Part shown: piece by piece, positions 19,568-29,888 of the stretch
Layout: each line of letters starts with the position of its first letter
Numbering within the stretch: the stretch's first letter is position 1
DNA from: Treponemataceae bacterium
GTDB lineage: Bacteria > Spirochaetota > Spirochaetia > Treponematales > Rectinemataceae
Length of the DNA stretch: 64,000 nucleotides
Assembly: GCA_963667725.2 (NCBI GenBank)
Contig: CAXXHO010000003.1
Span: forward strand, 1,312,001-1,376,000
Direction of reading: 5' to 3'
Position numbers and translations under genes: made by a program
Notes under the pieces: model-generated
Databases searched by the model: none
Told to the model about the DNA's origin: nothing
The model's input: the letters and a program-made list of their open reading frames with translations, nothing else

Positions 19568-20666
19568 TGAATTTAAAGAAGACGACATCCCCATCCTGGA
19601 CGACATACTCCCGCCCTTCCTGGCGGAGTTTGCCCGCTGCCTTTACGGCCGGCTCGGAGCCGAGGGCGACAAGGTCGTCATAATGATAGACTTCGGCCTT
19701 GATGAATCCTTTTTCGAAATCGGTGTGTATGACGCCGGCCGCCTGCGGGGCCTTATTCCCCGCCTTGATGGTCCAGGCCCTGCATTCATCCTCGCCGGCC
19801 GTGAAGAAGGTGCGCAGCCCCAGAAGCCTGTACGCCGCGTGGATGAGACTGGCGAGGCCGGATTCCTTCAGCCCGATATCGAACAGAAATTCCGCCTTCT
19901 CCTCCGGATCCTGGATATCGGCCAGCTCGGCCTCGAATTTGCCGCAGATGACGACGGCTTCCGATCCCATGCCTTCGGCGATCTTGCGCACGGCGTCCAC
20001 GTGGGCGTTCCCATTCACGCCCGTCTCGTCCACATTGCAGACAAAGATTTCCTTTTTCATCGTGATGAGAAAGGCGCCGCGTATGGATTCAAGTTCGTCA
20101 TCCTCGAGAGAAACGGAACGGGCCGGCCTTCCCTCCTGGAGAGCGGGCCTGATCTTCTGGAGCGTGGCGATTTCCTTTTCCGTCTCTTTCTTGACCGCCT
20201 GATCCTGGACCTTGAGCTGCTTCTGGAGCTTTTCGAGCCTTTTATCCAGCGTGTCGAGATCGGCCAGGGCCAGTTCGGTATGGATGACTTCTATATCGTC
20301 GATGGGATCCACCTTGTTGGCTACGTGGATGATGTCGGGATCGTCAAAACAGCGCACGACATGGGCTATCATGCCCACTTCGCGGATGTGGGAGAGGAAC
20401 TGGTTGCCCAAGCCCTCGCCCTGCGAAGCCCCTTTCACGAGCCCCGCGATATCGACGAATTCCACTATGGCGGGAACTCTCTTCTTGGGTTTGAACATCG
20501 ACACAAGCTTGTCCAGCCTGTTGTCCGGCACGGCCACGATGCCCACATTGGGATCGATCGTGCAGAAAGGATAGTTGGCCGCCTCCGCCTTCGCGCTCGT
20601 CAAGGCCGAGAAAATCGTGGACTTGCCCACGTTGGGAAGTCCGACGATGCCGCAATTCAATGCCAT
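19560..20666 (-). CDS. ychF: redox-regulated ATPase YchF
   Basis: GLPNVGKST, ANYPFCTIDPN, DIAGLV, IHTDFEKGFI. Confidence 0.96.
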   Translation of the reverse strand: MALNCGIVGLPNVGKSTIFSALTSAKAEAANYPFCTIDPNVGIVAVPDNRLDKLVSMFKPKKRVPAIVEFVDIAGLVKGASQGEGLGNQFLSHIREVGMIAHVVRCFDDPDIIHVANKVDPIDDIEVIHTELALADLDTLDKRLEKLQKQLKVQDQAVKKETEKEIATLQKIRPALQEGRPARSVSLEDDELESIRGAFLITMKKEIFVCNVDETGVNGNAHVDAVRKIAEGMGSEAVVICGKFEAELADIQDPEEKAEFLFDIGLKESGLASLIHAAYRLLGLRTFFTAGEDECRAWTIKAGNKAPQAAGVIHTDFEKGFIKAEVYHYDDLVALGSEPAVKAAGKLRQEGREYVVQDGDVVFFKFNV

Positions 20667-20811
20667 ATATGACCTCTTTGATGATTTCGTTCGGTGCCTT
20701 CATTATTATGAAAAGGCGGCCGAAGAGCAATACGCGGCAAAAGCCTTTACCGTCGCGCGGGAATCGTACTATTATCGAAATGAACTCAGCACCAGACAAG
20801 AGGAGGATTCC

Positions 20812-22065
20812 ATGAAATCCATCGAAGCGGTTTTCTCTAAAAACGCCAACAATATGAAAAAATCTGTCATACGGGAACTCCTCAAACTCACCAATCAGCC
20901 CGATATCATTTCCTTCGCCGGCGGGCTGCCGGCTCCCGAAACTTTCCCCGTCGAAGATCTCAGGGCGGCAGCCGATAGAGTCTTCCAGAAGCAGGCGACA
21001 AAAGCGCTTCAGTACGGTACGACCGAAGGCGATAACAGCCTGCGAGCCGAACTCATCCATTACGAGGAAGCTCATGGCTCGAAAGTGTCGCTGGAGAACC
21101 TCCTCATCACCTCAGCCAGCCAGCAAGCCCTGGACATGATACCCAAGCTTTTCCTCGATCCGGGCGACTGCGTCATCGCCGGACGTCCCACCTACATCGG
21201 AGCCATTCAGGCGATTCAGAGCTATCAGGGTAAAATCATCGGAATCCCCTTCAGCGACGCCGATGACGGCTTCGATATGGGAGAACTGGAAAAACAGTAC
21301 GCAGGCGCCCTGGCAAGAGGCGACCGAGTCAAGTACATCTACGTGATCCCGGATTTCCAGAACCCTACGGGAATATGCTGGAGTCTCGAAAAACGACGAC
21401 AACTTCTCGATTTTTCCTACCGAAACGATCTTTTCGTGGTGGAAGACGCGCCCTACAGGGAAATCCGCTTTATCGGCGAATCCATTCCCTCGATCTATCA
21501 GCTGGACCAGGAAGGGCGAAACATGGGCAATGTTATAGGCCTTAAAACCTTCTCCAAGATACTGGCGCCGGGAACGCGCATAGGCTGGATCATCGCGAGA
21601 GAGGACATAATATCCAAGCTCGTCGCCGCCAAACAGGCTATGGATCTCTGCACCAATGTCTTCACCCAGATGTGGCTGGCTGAGTATCTCTCCACGGGCA
21701 AGATCGAGGAAGTGGTGGCGCGCACAAGGGAGATATACAAGGAAAAACGCAACTTCATGGTTGCCATGCTCGAAAAATACATGCCGCGGCGCCCTGACCT
21801 CACGTGGACGAAACCCGAGGGCGGTCTCTTCCTCTGGATATCCCTGCCCGCCTTTGTCGATACCGATCGCATGGTCGGCACAGCGATCGATAAAAAAGTC
21901 GCCTATGTCGTGGGATCGGCTTTCTATTTCGACGAGCCGGAACGCAATGCCATGAGGATCAATTTTTCCTATTCCTCGATTGCCCAGATAGAGGAAGGCG
22001 TCAAGCGGCTTGCCGGTGTCATCGAAGAGGAAATAAGGGAACGCGAACCCAAGAAACGCGGCTAG
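20812..22065 (+). CDS. PLP-dependent class I aminotransferase (LysN/ARO8-like)
   Basis: ISFAGGLP, LQYGTTEG, FQNPTG, EDAPY, TFSKILAPG; GAGGAGG RBS. Confidence 0.9.
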   Translation: MKSIEAVFSKNANNMKKSVIRELLKLTNQPDIISFAGGLPAPETFPVEDLRAAADRVFQKQATKALQYGTTEGDNSLRAELIHYEEAHGSKVSLENLLITSASQQALDMIPKLFLDPGDCVIAGRPTYIGAIQAIQSYQGKIIGIPFSDADDGFDMGELEKQYAGALARGDRVKYIYVIPDFQNPTGICWSLEKRRQLLDFSYRNDLFVVEDAPYREIRFIGESIPSIYQLDQEGRNMGNVIGLKTFSKILAPGTRIGWIIAREDIISKLVAAKQAMDLCTNVFTQMWLAEYLSTGKIEEVVARTREIYKEKRNFMVAMLEKYMPRRPDLTWTKPEGGLFLWISLPAFVDTDRMVGTAIDKKVAYVVGSAFYFDEPERNAMRINFSYSSIAQIEEGVKRLAGVIEEEIREREPKKRG

Positions 22066-22122
22066 AAGCAGTCGGATAGCCAAAGGCGGCTATCCCGCGG
22101 GCAGAAGTCCCACGACACAGCC

Positions 22123-22167
22123 AAGCCCCGGATTCCAGGCAATTCCGCGCCGCCTCCGGGGCTTTTT
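22123..22167 (+). terminator. probable intrinsic terminator
   Basis: AAGCCCCGGA...TCCGGGGCTTTTT inverted repeat plus U-run after the aminotransferase. Confidence 0.55.
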
Positions 22168-22326
22168 GATATTTTTTTCTCCTACCAGTTGATTATGACG
22201 CCCACTAATAAGTATTTTTACAAAAACGCTGTCCCGCGGCCAATGGCCGCTCCATATAGGGCGCGACGCTCAAGAAGAGGCCGCTGACTGATGTATAGGG
22301 GTAAGGGATATGGCAAGGAGAAACGC

Positions 22327-23055
22327 ATGGCGATCATAGAAATCAATGACGTGAAAAAGGTGTATCCGCTTGGCAAGGTCGAAGTCCAAGCCGTGAAAGG
22401 GGTGACCTTTTCCATAGAAAAGGGCGATTTCGTCTCGATTGCGGGCCCTTCCGGCTCGGGCAAATCCACCATTCTGAATATGCTCGGTCTCATCGACAAG
22501 CCGACCTCTGGCGAGGTATTCATCGGCGGCAAGGCGACATCGGGCCTCTCGGACAAGGATCTTACGCGATTCAGGCACGAAGTGCTCGGCTTTGTCTTCC
22601 AGTCGTTCAACCTCATCCCCGTCCTCAATGTCTGGGAAAACATAGAATTCCCCCTGCTTCTCGGCAAGACGAAGATTTCCGCGAGCGAAAAAGCCTCCTG
22701 GATAGATTGGCTCATCGAGGAAGTGGGGCTCACCGAATGGAAGACCCATAAGCCCAACGAGCTTTCGGGCGGTCAGAGACAAAGGGTGGCCATCGCCCGC
22801 GCCCTCGTCACGAAACCGGAAATCGTGCTGGCCGACGAACCCACCGCCAACCTCGACTCAACCACCGGCGAGCAGATCATCGAACTCATGAAGAAGATCA
22901 ACAGGGAACTGGATACGACATTCATTTTCTCCACGCATGACGCGAAGATCGTCGATGTAGCCGACCATATCATCCGGCTCAAGGACGGTCTCGTCATCGA
23001 AAACAGAAGAAGGGGCGAAGACAATGTTTCCGGCGGCAGCCGCGGCGAGGAGTGA
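22327..23055 (+). CDS. ABC transporter ATP-binding protein (LolD/MacB-like)
   Basis: GPSGSGKS, FVFQSFNLIP, LSGGQRQRVAIARAL, ADEPTANLD; AAGGAG RBS. Confidence 0.92.
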   Translation: MAIIEINDVKKVYPLGKVEVQAVKGVTFSIEKGDFVSIAGPSGSGKSTILNMLGLIDKPTSGEVFIGGKATSGLSDKDLTRFRHEVLGFVFQSFNLIPVLNVWENIEFPLLLGKTKISASEKASWIDWLIEEVGLTEWKTHKPNELSGGQRQRVAIARALVTKPEIVLADEPTANLDSTTGEQIIELMKKINRELDTTFIFSTHDAKIVDVADHIIRLKDGLVIENRRRGEDNVSGGSRGEE

Positions 23056-23060
23056 TCGCC

Positions 23061-24566
23061 ATGCCAGTCACTTTCAGAATAGCTTTCCGCAACCTGTTCG
23101 AACATAAATCAAAAAGCCTCATCATTGGCATTTTACTTGCCTTGGGCGCCCTCATCCTCGTGGTAGGCAACTCCTTCATAGACGCGTCGCGTCAAGGCAT
23201 AAGGACGAGCTTTACCGACAACTACACTGGCGATGTCTTCGTTTCCGGTGTTTCCGAGGAAGGAGATGTCTCCCTTTTCGGTGTTATGTCCGTGGGAGGA
23301 CTCGCCTCCACCCCCGTGATTCCCGATTTCGACAAAGTCCTCGCCGAGGTTAGGGGTTCACCCCTCGTCAGCAAGGCTACGGGCATGGCGACGAGCTACG
23401 GCATCGTCACGCGCGGCGATGAAGGAATCGACAACCTGGACAGCGATGATTCCGATAAAGACATGACCGCCCGCCTTCTCTTCCTGTTCGGCATCGACGC
23501 GCGCGATTATTGGACGGTGTTCGATTCGATAGACATAACTTCGGGCAAGGCGCTCGAGCCTGGACAGACAGGCCTCGTCATCAACGAGGAACAGCTGAGC
23601 CTACTGTCCAAATGGATGAAGCGTCCCTTGAATATAGGCGACAATCTTGTCGTCCAGGGCTTTTCCTCGGCCGGAATGAAGATTCGCGAACTCCCCATCG
23701 TCGCCACCTACAAACAGAAAGGCGGGGGCGCGAACCCCATGCAGATGGCCTTCGTCGACATCGATACGCTGCGCATCATGGCCGGCATGACGATCGGAAC
23801 GAACGAGAATATCGTGCTGAACGAATCCCAGACAGCCATGCTGAGCATCGACGACACGGATTCCCTCTTCGCCGACGACCTTTTCGAGGCGACGCCGGCC
23901 GAAGGCGGTTTCGATGAGAACCTCATACAGTCCCAGCTGGCCGACACAGAGGCACGGGAAAAGGCCAATACCGCCGATACGGGAGCCTGGCAGTTCATCG
24001 TCATAAAGACCAAGGACCCCGCCGGAGCAAAACCCCTCGTAGCCTACCTCAACGAGACGTTCGCGAAAAACGACATCAAGGCTTCGGCGGGAGACTGGCA
24101 GAAGGCGGCCGGTCCCTACGGACAATCGGTCGATGTCATCCGCATAGTGTTCACGGTCGCGATAGCGATCCTGTGCATCGTGGCGATCATCATCATCATG
24201 AACACCTTCGTCATCTCCGTCATTGAACGGACGGGCGAAATCGGTACGATGCGCGCGATCGGCGCGGGAAAAGGTTTCATACGAAAGCTTTTCGCCGCCG
24301 AAGCCCTCGTCCTGTCGCTCCTTTTTTCAACGATAGGCGCTCTTCTCGGTTTAGGGGTCACGGCGATCCTCGGCGCGCTTAAATTGGAAGCGGGCAATTC
24401 CTTCCTCGAAGTGCTCTTCGGCGGAAAGTACCTCGCTCCGGCGGTGACGCCGATCAGCTTCTTCGCGGCCATCGTGGCCATGGTAGCCGTCGGCTATATC
24501 GCCCATCTCTATCCCGTCTCGGTTGCGCTTAAGATTCAACCTGTACGGGCGATGCAGCAAGATTAG
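23061..24566 (+). CDS. FtsX/LolC-type ABC permease
   Basis: IAFRNL + TM, large periplasmic domain, ERTGEIGTMRAIG, 3 C-terminal TMs; alternative GTG start at 23052. Confidence 0.88.
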   Translation: MPVTFRIAFRNLFEHKSKSLIIGILLALGALILVVGNSFIDASRQGIRTSFTDNYTGDVFVSGVSEEGDVSLFGVMSVGGLASTPVIPDFDKVLAEVRGSPLVSKATGMATSYGIVTRGDEGIDNLDSDDSDKDMTARLLFLFGIDARDYWTVFDSIDITSGKALEPGQTGLVINEEQLSLLSKWMKRPLNIGDNLVVQGFSSAGMKIRELPIVATYKQKGGGANPMQMAFVDIDTLRIMAGMTIGTNENIVLNESQTAMLSIDDTDSLFADDLFEATPAEGGFDENLIQSQLADTEAREKANTADTGAWQFIVIKTKDPAGAKPLVAYLNETFAKNDIKASAGDWQKAAGPYGQSVDVIRIVFTVAIAILCIVAIIIIMNTFVISVIERTGEIGTMRAIGAGKGFIRKLFAAEALVLSLLFSTIGALLGLGVTAILGALKLEAGNSFLEVLFGGKYLAPAVTPISFFAAIVAMVAVGYIAHLYPVSVALKIQPVRAMQQD

Positions 24567-24579
24567 GAGACACAATCAG

Positions 24580-25905
24580 ATGAATAAGGTTTTACCGCGG
24601 ATTGCCCTGCGCAATCTTTCGCGCCAGAAGAAAAGAACGTTCCTTCTCGGGGGCGCCATAGCTTTCGGGATCATGATCGTCACGCTCATAAACGGATTCG
24701 CCGGCGCCTTCATACAGAACGTGTCGGAAAACTTCGCCTACCTCATGGCTGGCCATGTATTCGTCCAGGGATCCGAAAAGACCGCCTCGGGCAAGCAGAT
24801 CCTCGTGATACGCGATGACTCGATCATCCTCAAGGCGCTCCAGGACGCCGGCGTAACCTACGAGTTCGCGACCAAGTCCAGCGAGGCCAGGGCTTCCCTC
24901 ATTTTCGAAGGCAAGAGCATAACTCAGAACCTCACCGGCCTCGACATAGCTAATTCGCCCTTTCTTAAGGAAAGGCTCGTCCTCAAGCAGGGCTCATGGG
25001 AAGCCGCTCAGGCTAACGATGCGCTCATTATATCAGAGAAGATCGCCAAAAAGCTTAAGATCCTACCGGGCGACAAGGTCACCGCCCAGTTCCAGACCAT
25101 CACCGGCCAGAACAACATCGCCGATTTCACCATCGCGGCCATCAGCGTCGATTCGAGCATCATCGGCTCCACCATGGCCTATGCCAACCTCTCGTTCCTG
25201 AGCGAAAACCTGGGACTTAAGGCGGGCGAATACATGTCGCTGGGTCTCATGCTGGGAGACATCAAGGACTCGAAAGAGGTCTCCGCCAGGCTCTACACGT
25301 CGATGAGCGGCATGGGACTGCAGCTTTTCCCACAGAAGACGAAGGAAGAGAGCGGCACGACCACCCCCTTCATGGCGATGATGCAGAAACAGAACAAGGA
25401 AACCTGGGAAGGCGTCAAATACCGCGTCTATACCATCGACGACATGCTCTCCCAAGCCCAGCAGATCGTCGTTGCCCTGGACACCTCCAGCCTCATCATC
25501 CTCCTCGTTCTCTTCGCCATTGTCATGATCGGCATCACCAATACCTTCAGGATGGTCATGTACGAGCGCATACGCGAAATCGGCACGATGAGGGCCATAG
25601 GCGTCCAGCGGGGAGAAATAAGGTCCCTCTTCCTCTATGAAGCCTTCTTCCTCGCCCTGGGCGGCGCCATAGTCGGTATAGTCCTGGCGCTCATAGCGAT
25701 GAGCCTCCTCTCCCTCATCAATTTCGGCATGGAATCACCGGCTTTTCTCATAATGCGCAACGGTCACCTGTCATTCTTCCTGCCGCCACTGCGCGCCGTC
25801 GGCAACATCATCATAATCACCCTTCTCACGCTTTTCGCCGCCTACTTCCCGGCCAAGGCCGCCGCCAAAATGGAGCCGGCTGCGGCCCTCAGGACGACGA
25901 AATGA
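24580..25905 (+). CDS. FtsX/LolE-type ABC permease
   Basis: IALRNLSRQKKRT, ERIREIGTMRAIG, YFPAKAAAKMEP; AGGAG RBS. Confidence 0.88.
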   Translation: MNKVLPRIALRNLSRQKKRTFLLGGAIAFGIMIVTLINGFAGAFIQNVSENFAYLMAGHVFVQGSEKTASGKQILVIRDDSIILKALQDAGVTYEFATKSSEARASLIFEGKSITQNLTGLDIANSPFLKERLVLKQGSWEAAQANDALIISEKIAKKLKILPGDKVTAQFQTITGQNNIADFTIAAISVDSSIIGSTMAYANLSFLSENLGLKAGEYMSLGLMLGDIKDSKEVSARLYTSMSGMGLQLFPQKTKEESGTTTPFMAMMQKQNKETWEGVKYRVYTIDDMLSQAQQIVVALDTSSLIILLVLFAIVMIGITNTFRMVMYERIREIGTMRAIGVQRGEIRSLFLYEAFFLALGGAIVGIVLALIAMSLLSLINFGMESPAFLIMRNGHLSFFLPPLRAVGNIIIITLLTLFAAYFPAKAAAKMEPAAALRTTK

Positions 25906-25973
25906 CCAATGAAACATTGACCAGCGGCAGGCTCTGCGCCTCGCCGATTCCCGCTGAAAAACCGGAGTCTACC

Positions 25974-26774
25974 ATGAATACGATAGTTCGAGATTACCGC
26001 CAAAAAAACAGAGGCCTTCTCGCGATGTTTTTTCTCGCTGTTTTCGCTTTTTTCCTGCCCATCTCCACCTTCTCCCAAAGCCTCTCCCAGGAGGGAGCCG
26101 AGAAAATACTCAAGGAACTGGATGAGCTGAGCAACTTTCCCGGCAAGGATTACACTTCCCTCTTCACCATCGTTTCGGAAAAGCCCGGAGAAAAGCAGAG
26201 CGTCACGCAGGTGAGGGTCTTCAGGCGAGACAGCAAAAAGCAGTTCACCATCCTCATCATGCTTCCGGACGTCAACAAAGGACAGGGATACCTTCGCGAG
26301 GATGACAACGTCTGGTTCTACGATCCCACCAGCCGCAAGTTTTCCCACTCCTCGGTCAAGGAGAATCTCCAGAACAGCGAAGCCAAGAATTCGGACTTCA
26401 CCGCCTCATCCATGATCGACGACTACTCCATCCAGAAAATTTCCGATGGCACCGTTGGCAAGTATCCCGTCTGGGTATTGGACCTCAAGGCCAGGACGAA
26501 CGAAGTAGCCTACGAGCGCGTAATCCTTTACATACGTAAAGACAAGACCATGACCCTCAAACAGGAAGACTATTCGGTGAACGGCCGTCTCATGAGGACG
26601 ACGCTCTACCCGAAATATGTCGCGCTCGACGGAAAGCTTCTTCCCTCGCAGATTCTCATCGTAGACGAGATCAACAAGGGCGAAAAAAGCCAGATCACCA
26701 TGGCCGAACAGTCGGTGGAGAAGCTGCCCGACAAGGTTTTCACGAAGGCTTTCCTCGAACAGGTAAACCGCTAG
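25974..26774 (+). CDS. outer-membrane lipoprotein-sorting (LolA-like) protein
   Basis: signal peptide; P..KGQGYLR.DDNVWFYDP, S....D, EDYSVNGRLMRT, LPDKVFT pattern of the LolA_like family; alternative start 25902. Confidence 0.75.
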   Translation: MNTIVRDYRQKNRGLLAMFFLAVFAFFLPISTFSQSLSQEGAEKILKELDELSNFPGKDYTSLFTIVSEKPGEKQSVTQVRVFRRDSKKQFTILIMLPDVNKGQGYLREDDNVWFYDPTSRKFSHSSVKENLQNSEAKNSDFTASSMIDDYSIQKISDGTVGKYPVWVLDLKARTNEVAYERVILYIRKDKTMTLKQEDYSVNGRLMRTTLYPKYVALDGKLLPSQILIVDEINKGEKSQITMAEQSVEKLPDKVFTKAFLEQVNR

Positions 26775-26820
26775 GTGCCCGGCCGCGGGCATCGCGCCCG
26801 CGGCCACAGGAGATCGAAAC

Positions 26821-28230
26821 ATGAAAAAAGCATTTAAACACGCGAAATCATTCGTTGTCATAGCCCTGCTTCTCGCGGGCGTCGCGTTGGGGGCGCAGGA
26901 AGCCGCCGAAGGCTCGGAAATAGATATGGATCTCGATACTCTCTTCGGCGAAGAGGTCGTGGAAATCGCTCCCGACGTTCCCGCGGCGACGGGCGACCCG
27001 GTAACGGCGGCGCTCAAGTCCGACAAGGTCAGGATAGGGGGAAGCTTTTCCGGCTCGCTCACGCCGACGGCCACATGGACGAGCCTTTGGGACGGGAGTT
27101 CCGATCTCCTCGATCCCGACAGGAAGGCTCTCTCATCCAGCCTCAAGTCCACGCTCTTTTTCGACGCCCGGCCCAAGGAAGATTTCCGCGTCTACGGATC
27201 GGCCAAAACGAGCTGGCCTTTCTCGACGGCGACCACCGACTCCATCGAAGTGCCCAACATTTCCATTTTCGAACTTTTCGCCGATTTTTCAATGAACGAT
27301 AAGCTGTTCTTCCGTTTCGGGAAGAGCACGGTGAAATGGGGCGTCGGCTACTTCTGGAGCCCAGCCGACGTCATCAACCTCGAACAGATCAACCAGCTCG
27401 ACGCCGAGGCTCAGCGTGAGGGACCGGTGAATTTCCGCGTGCACATCCCCGTTCCCGGAACCCAGAATAACTTTTACATGTACACAATACTAGACGAAAA
27501 CACAGTCGCTTTCGAAACAACAGCCCTGGCGGCTAAGGCCGAATTCCTTCTCGGCAACTACGAGCTGGGGCTGGGCGCCTATTATCGCTACGATACGGCC
27601 GAGAGAGCCATGCTCACCCTCACCGGCCCCATCGGGAACCTGGACGTTTTCGGCGAGGCTATGGTTTCGCGGGGCAGCGGCAAGACTTTCATTACCGATA
27701 TCCAGACCGCATCGCCGTATGCCATTTCCACGAGCTCGACCGCGGACAATCGCGAAAACTTCTACTTCTCGGCCAGCACGGGCTTTCTCTACAGCAACTC
27801 GAACAGCAACATCACGGCCATCGGCCAGTACTACTACAACGGCGAAGGCTATTCCGCGGCGACGAAGGACGCGCTTGTCACCAAGGCGAAACTGGCTATA
27901 GCCTCAACGTCGAATCCGGCCACCTCGGCCGCGCTCAGCGCCAGTCTCGCTGGCCTCATCTATGGCTCCGGCCAGCATTACGCCGCGTTGAGCTTCTCGA
28001 AGGGTGAATTGTTCACCGAGGATTTCTCGGCTTCAGTCATCGCCGTGGCCAATCTATCCGACTGGTCGGGGCTTGTGAAACCCACCTTCAGCTACGCGGT
28101 TAACGACAATCTTTCCATCGCGCTGAGCCCGACCTTTTTCTTCGGCCCGGCCGAAGGCGAATACGCTTTCCTCGCCGGGGGAAATATCGTCTCTCTGTCC
28201 CTTGGCGCCACGGTGAGCGGCTCTTTCTAA
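26821..28230 (+). CDS. putative outer-membrane beta-barrel protein
   Basis: Sec signal peptide, amphipathic beta strands, GKSTVKWGVGYFWSPAD motif, C-terminal Phe. Confidence 0.65.
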   Translation: MKKAFKHAKSFVVIALLLAGVALGAQEAAEGSEIDMDLDTLFGEEVVEIAPDVPAATGDPVTAALKSDKVRIGGSFSGSLTPTATWTSLWDGSSDLLDPDRKALSSSLKSTLFFDARPKEDFRVYGSAKTSWPFSTATTDSIEVPNISIFELFADFSMNDKLFFRFGKSTVKWGVGYFWSPADVINLEQINQLDAEAQREGPVNFRVHIPVPGTQNNFYMYTILDENTVAFETTALAAKAEFLLGNYELGLGAYYRYDTAERAMLTLTGPIGNLDVFGEAMVSRGSGKTFITDIQTASPYAISTSSTADNRENFYFSASTGFLYSNSNSNITAIGQYYYNGEGYSAATKDALVTKAKLAIASTSNPATSAALSASLAGLIYGSGQHYAALSFSKGELFTEDFSASVIAVANLSDWSGLVKPTFSYAVNDNLSIALSPTFFFGPAEGEYAFLAGGNIVSLSLGATVSGSF

Positions 28231-28344
28231 GCCGCTCTTTCCGAGCGGCGCGCGATTTGCGGTTGCCCTTTGCGCAAAGAAATGTTTTAATCGATACTTA
28301 GAGCGGTACCAATCCCGCGATGATCAAGAGACAAGGAAGCTGAC

Positions 28345-29559
28345 ATGAAAATCCATCCGATCACCGACAAGATCTTTGCCCTCCATGCCGATATCAAATC
28401 TGACGACCTCTTCGAAGGCATTTGGCCTATTCCCTACGGAGTCTCCCTCAACTCCTACCTGGTGAAATCGGATAAAATCGCCCTCATCGACCTCGTGCGC
28501 GATTGGGTAGGAGCCCCAGGGGAGCTGGCCGGGCAGCTGGCGACCATTGGCGTGGGCCTCGATGACATCGACTACCTCATCCTCAACCATCTCGAGCCGG
28601 ATCACACTGGATGGCTCGAGGAATTCAGGGCCATTAATCCCAAGGCGGAGATCATCGCCACCCAGAAGGGCATAGACCTGGTGCGCAGCTTCTACAAGAT
28701 GGACGATGGCCTGCGCGTCGTAAAGACCGGCGACAGGCTGGACCTCGGCGAAGGCGTCGCCCTCGATTTCTTCGAAACGCCTAATGTCCACTGGCCTGAA
28801 ACCATGGTCACCTGGGCGGCTGACGGCGGCGTCCTCTTCTCCTGCGACGCCTTCGGCTCCTTCGGCGCCCTGGGCGATCGGGTCTTCGACGATGAGTTCA
28901 CGCCGGAGGAGCATGTCTTCTTCGAGTCGGAATCCCTCCGCTACTACGCGAACATCATCGCCAGCTTCGGCCTCTTCGTGAAAAAAGCCATCGCCAAGCT
29001 CGCCGACCTCGATATTAAAGTAGTCGCTCCCAGCCATGGCATCGTCTGGCGCGAGGCTCCGGGGGAAATCATCGCCCGCTATGCCCACTACGCCGACTAT
29101 CTAGAAGGCCCGCGAGAGAAGGAAATCGCCATCGTATGGGGATCGATGTACGGGAATACGGAAAAGGGTCTCGCGGCCGTGATCGAGGGCATCGAGGACG
29201 AGGGTCTGCCCTACACCATCCACAGAGTGCCGAACGAAGACGTATCCTGGGTCCTGGCCGACGCGTATAAAAGCGAAGGAATTCTCATCGCCATGCCGAC
29301 CTATGAATACAAGATGTTCCCGCCCATGGCCTACGTGCTCGACATTTTCGAGCGCAAGCACGTCTGGGACAGGAAGGTGCTCCGCATAGGCAGCTTCGGC
29401 TGGATCGGCGGCGCCAAGAAAGAATACGAGAACAAGATTGCCCCGCTGAAATGGCAATCCATAGAATCGGCGGAATGGGCTGGAGCACCCGATGAAGATA
29501 TGCTCGCCCTTCTCTATGAAAAAGGCAAGGAATTGGCTATCGCTGTCAAGAATTCCTGA
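28345..29559 (+). CDS. fprA: flavodiiron protein (FprA family)
   Basis: NSYL, HLEPDH, HWPETM, DAFG, PSHG, flavodoxin SMYGNT. Confidence 0.9.
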   Translation: MKIHPITDKIFALHADIKSDDLFEGIWPIPYGVSLNSYLVKSDKIALIDLVRDWVGAPGELAGQLATIGVGLDDIDYLILNHLEPDHTGWLEEFRAINPKAEIIATQKGIDLVRSFYKMDDGLRVVKTGDRLDLGEGVALDFFETPNVHWPETMVTWAADGGVLFSCDAFGSFGALGDRVFDDEFTPEEHVFFESESLRYYANIIASFGLFVKKAIAKLADLDIKVVAPSHGIVWREAPGEIIARYAHYADYLEGPREKEIAIVWGSMYGNTEKGLAAVIEGIEDEGLPYTIHRVPNEDVSWVLADAYKSEGILIAMPTYEYKMFPPMAYVLDIFERKHVWDRKVLRIGSFGWIGGAKKEYENKIAPLKWQSIESAEWAGAPDEDMLALLYEKGKELAIAVKNS

Positions 29560-29603
29560 ATTCCGCGTCGGCGTAAAATCCATTGGATCGAGGCCGACCG
29601 ACC

Positions 29604-29636
29604 ATAAAAAAGGCGCCTGTCGGCGCCTTTTTTTAT
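29604..29636. terminator. bidirectional intrinsic terminator
   Basis: AAAAAAGGCGCC-TGTC-GGCGCCTTTTTTT between convergent genes. Confidence 0.85.
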
Positions 29637-29686
29637 TGAACTTCCGAAGCTTCCGGGGAGCCTTGGCTATAGAAACCGTCTCGCCG

Positions 29687-29878
29687 TTACTTCGTCTTTT
29701 TGCTGATCAAGTTCGCGAGCCGGATCATCAGAAAGAAGACGCCCAAGGTCGCGAATACGCCGATGAGGCCTCCCGCCGTGACACCCAGAGCCTGAACGGT
29801 AGTCCCAAGCGTGTGGACGAGAGAGCCATCCGCGTTGCGCTCGCCCATCGACTTAAAATATTGGATTATATTTTCCAT
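29687..29878 (-). CDS. small single-TM protein (OadG-related subunit)
   Basis: 63 aa, GGAG RBS, one TM (GLIGVFATLGVFFLMI), directly downstream of the beta subunit. Confidence 0.65.
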   Translation of the reverse strand: MENIIQYFKSMGERNADGSLVHTLGTTVQALGVTAGGLIGVFATLGVFFLMIRLANLISKKTK

Positions 29879-29888
29879 ACCGTTCTCC

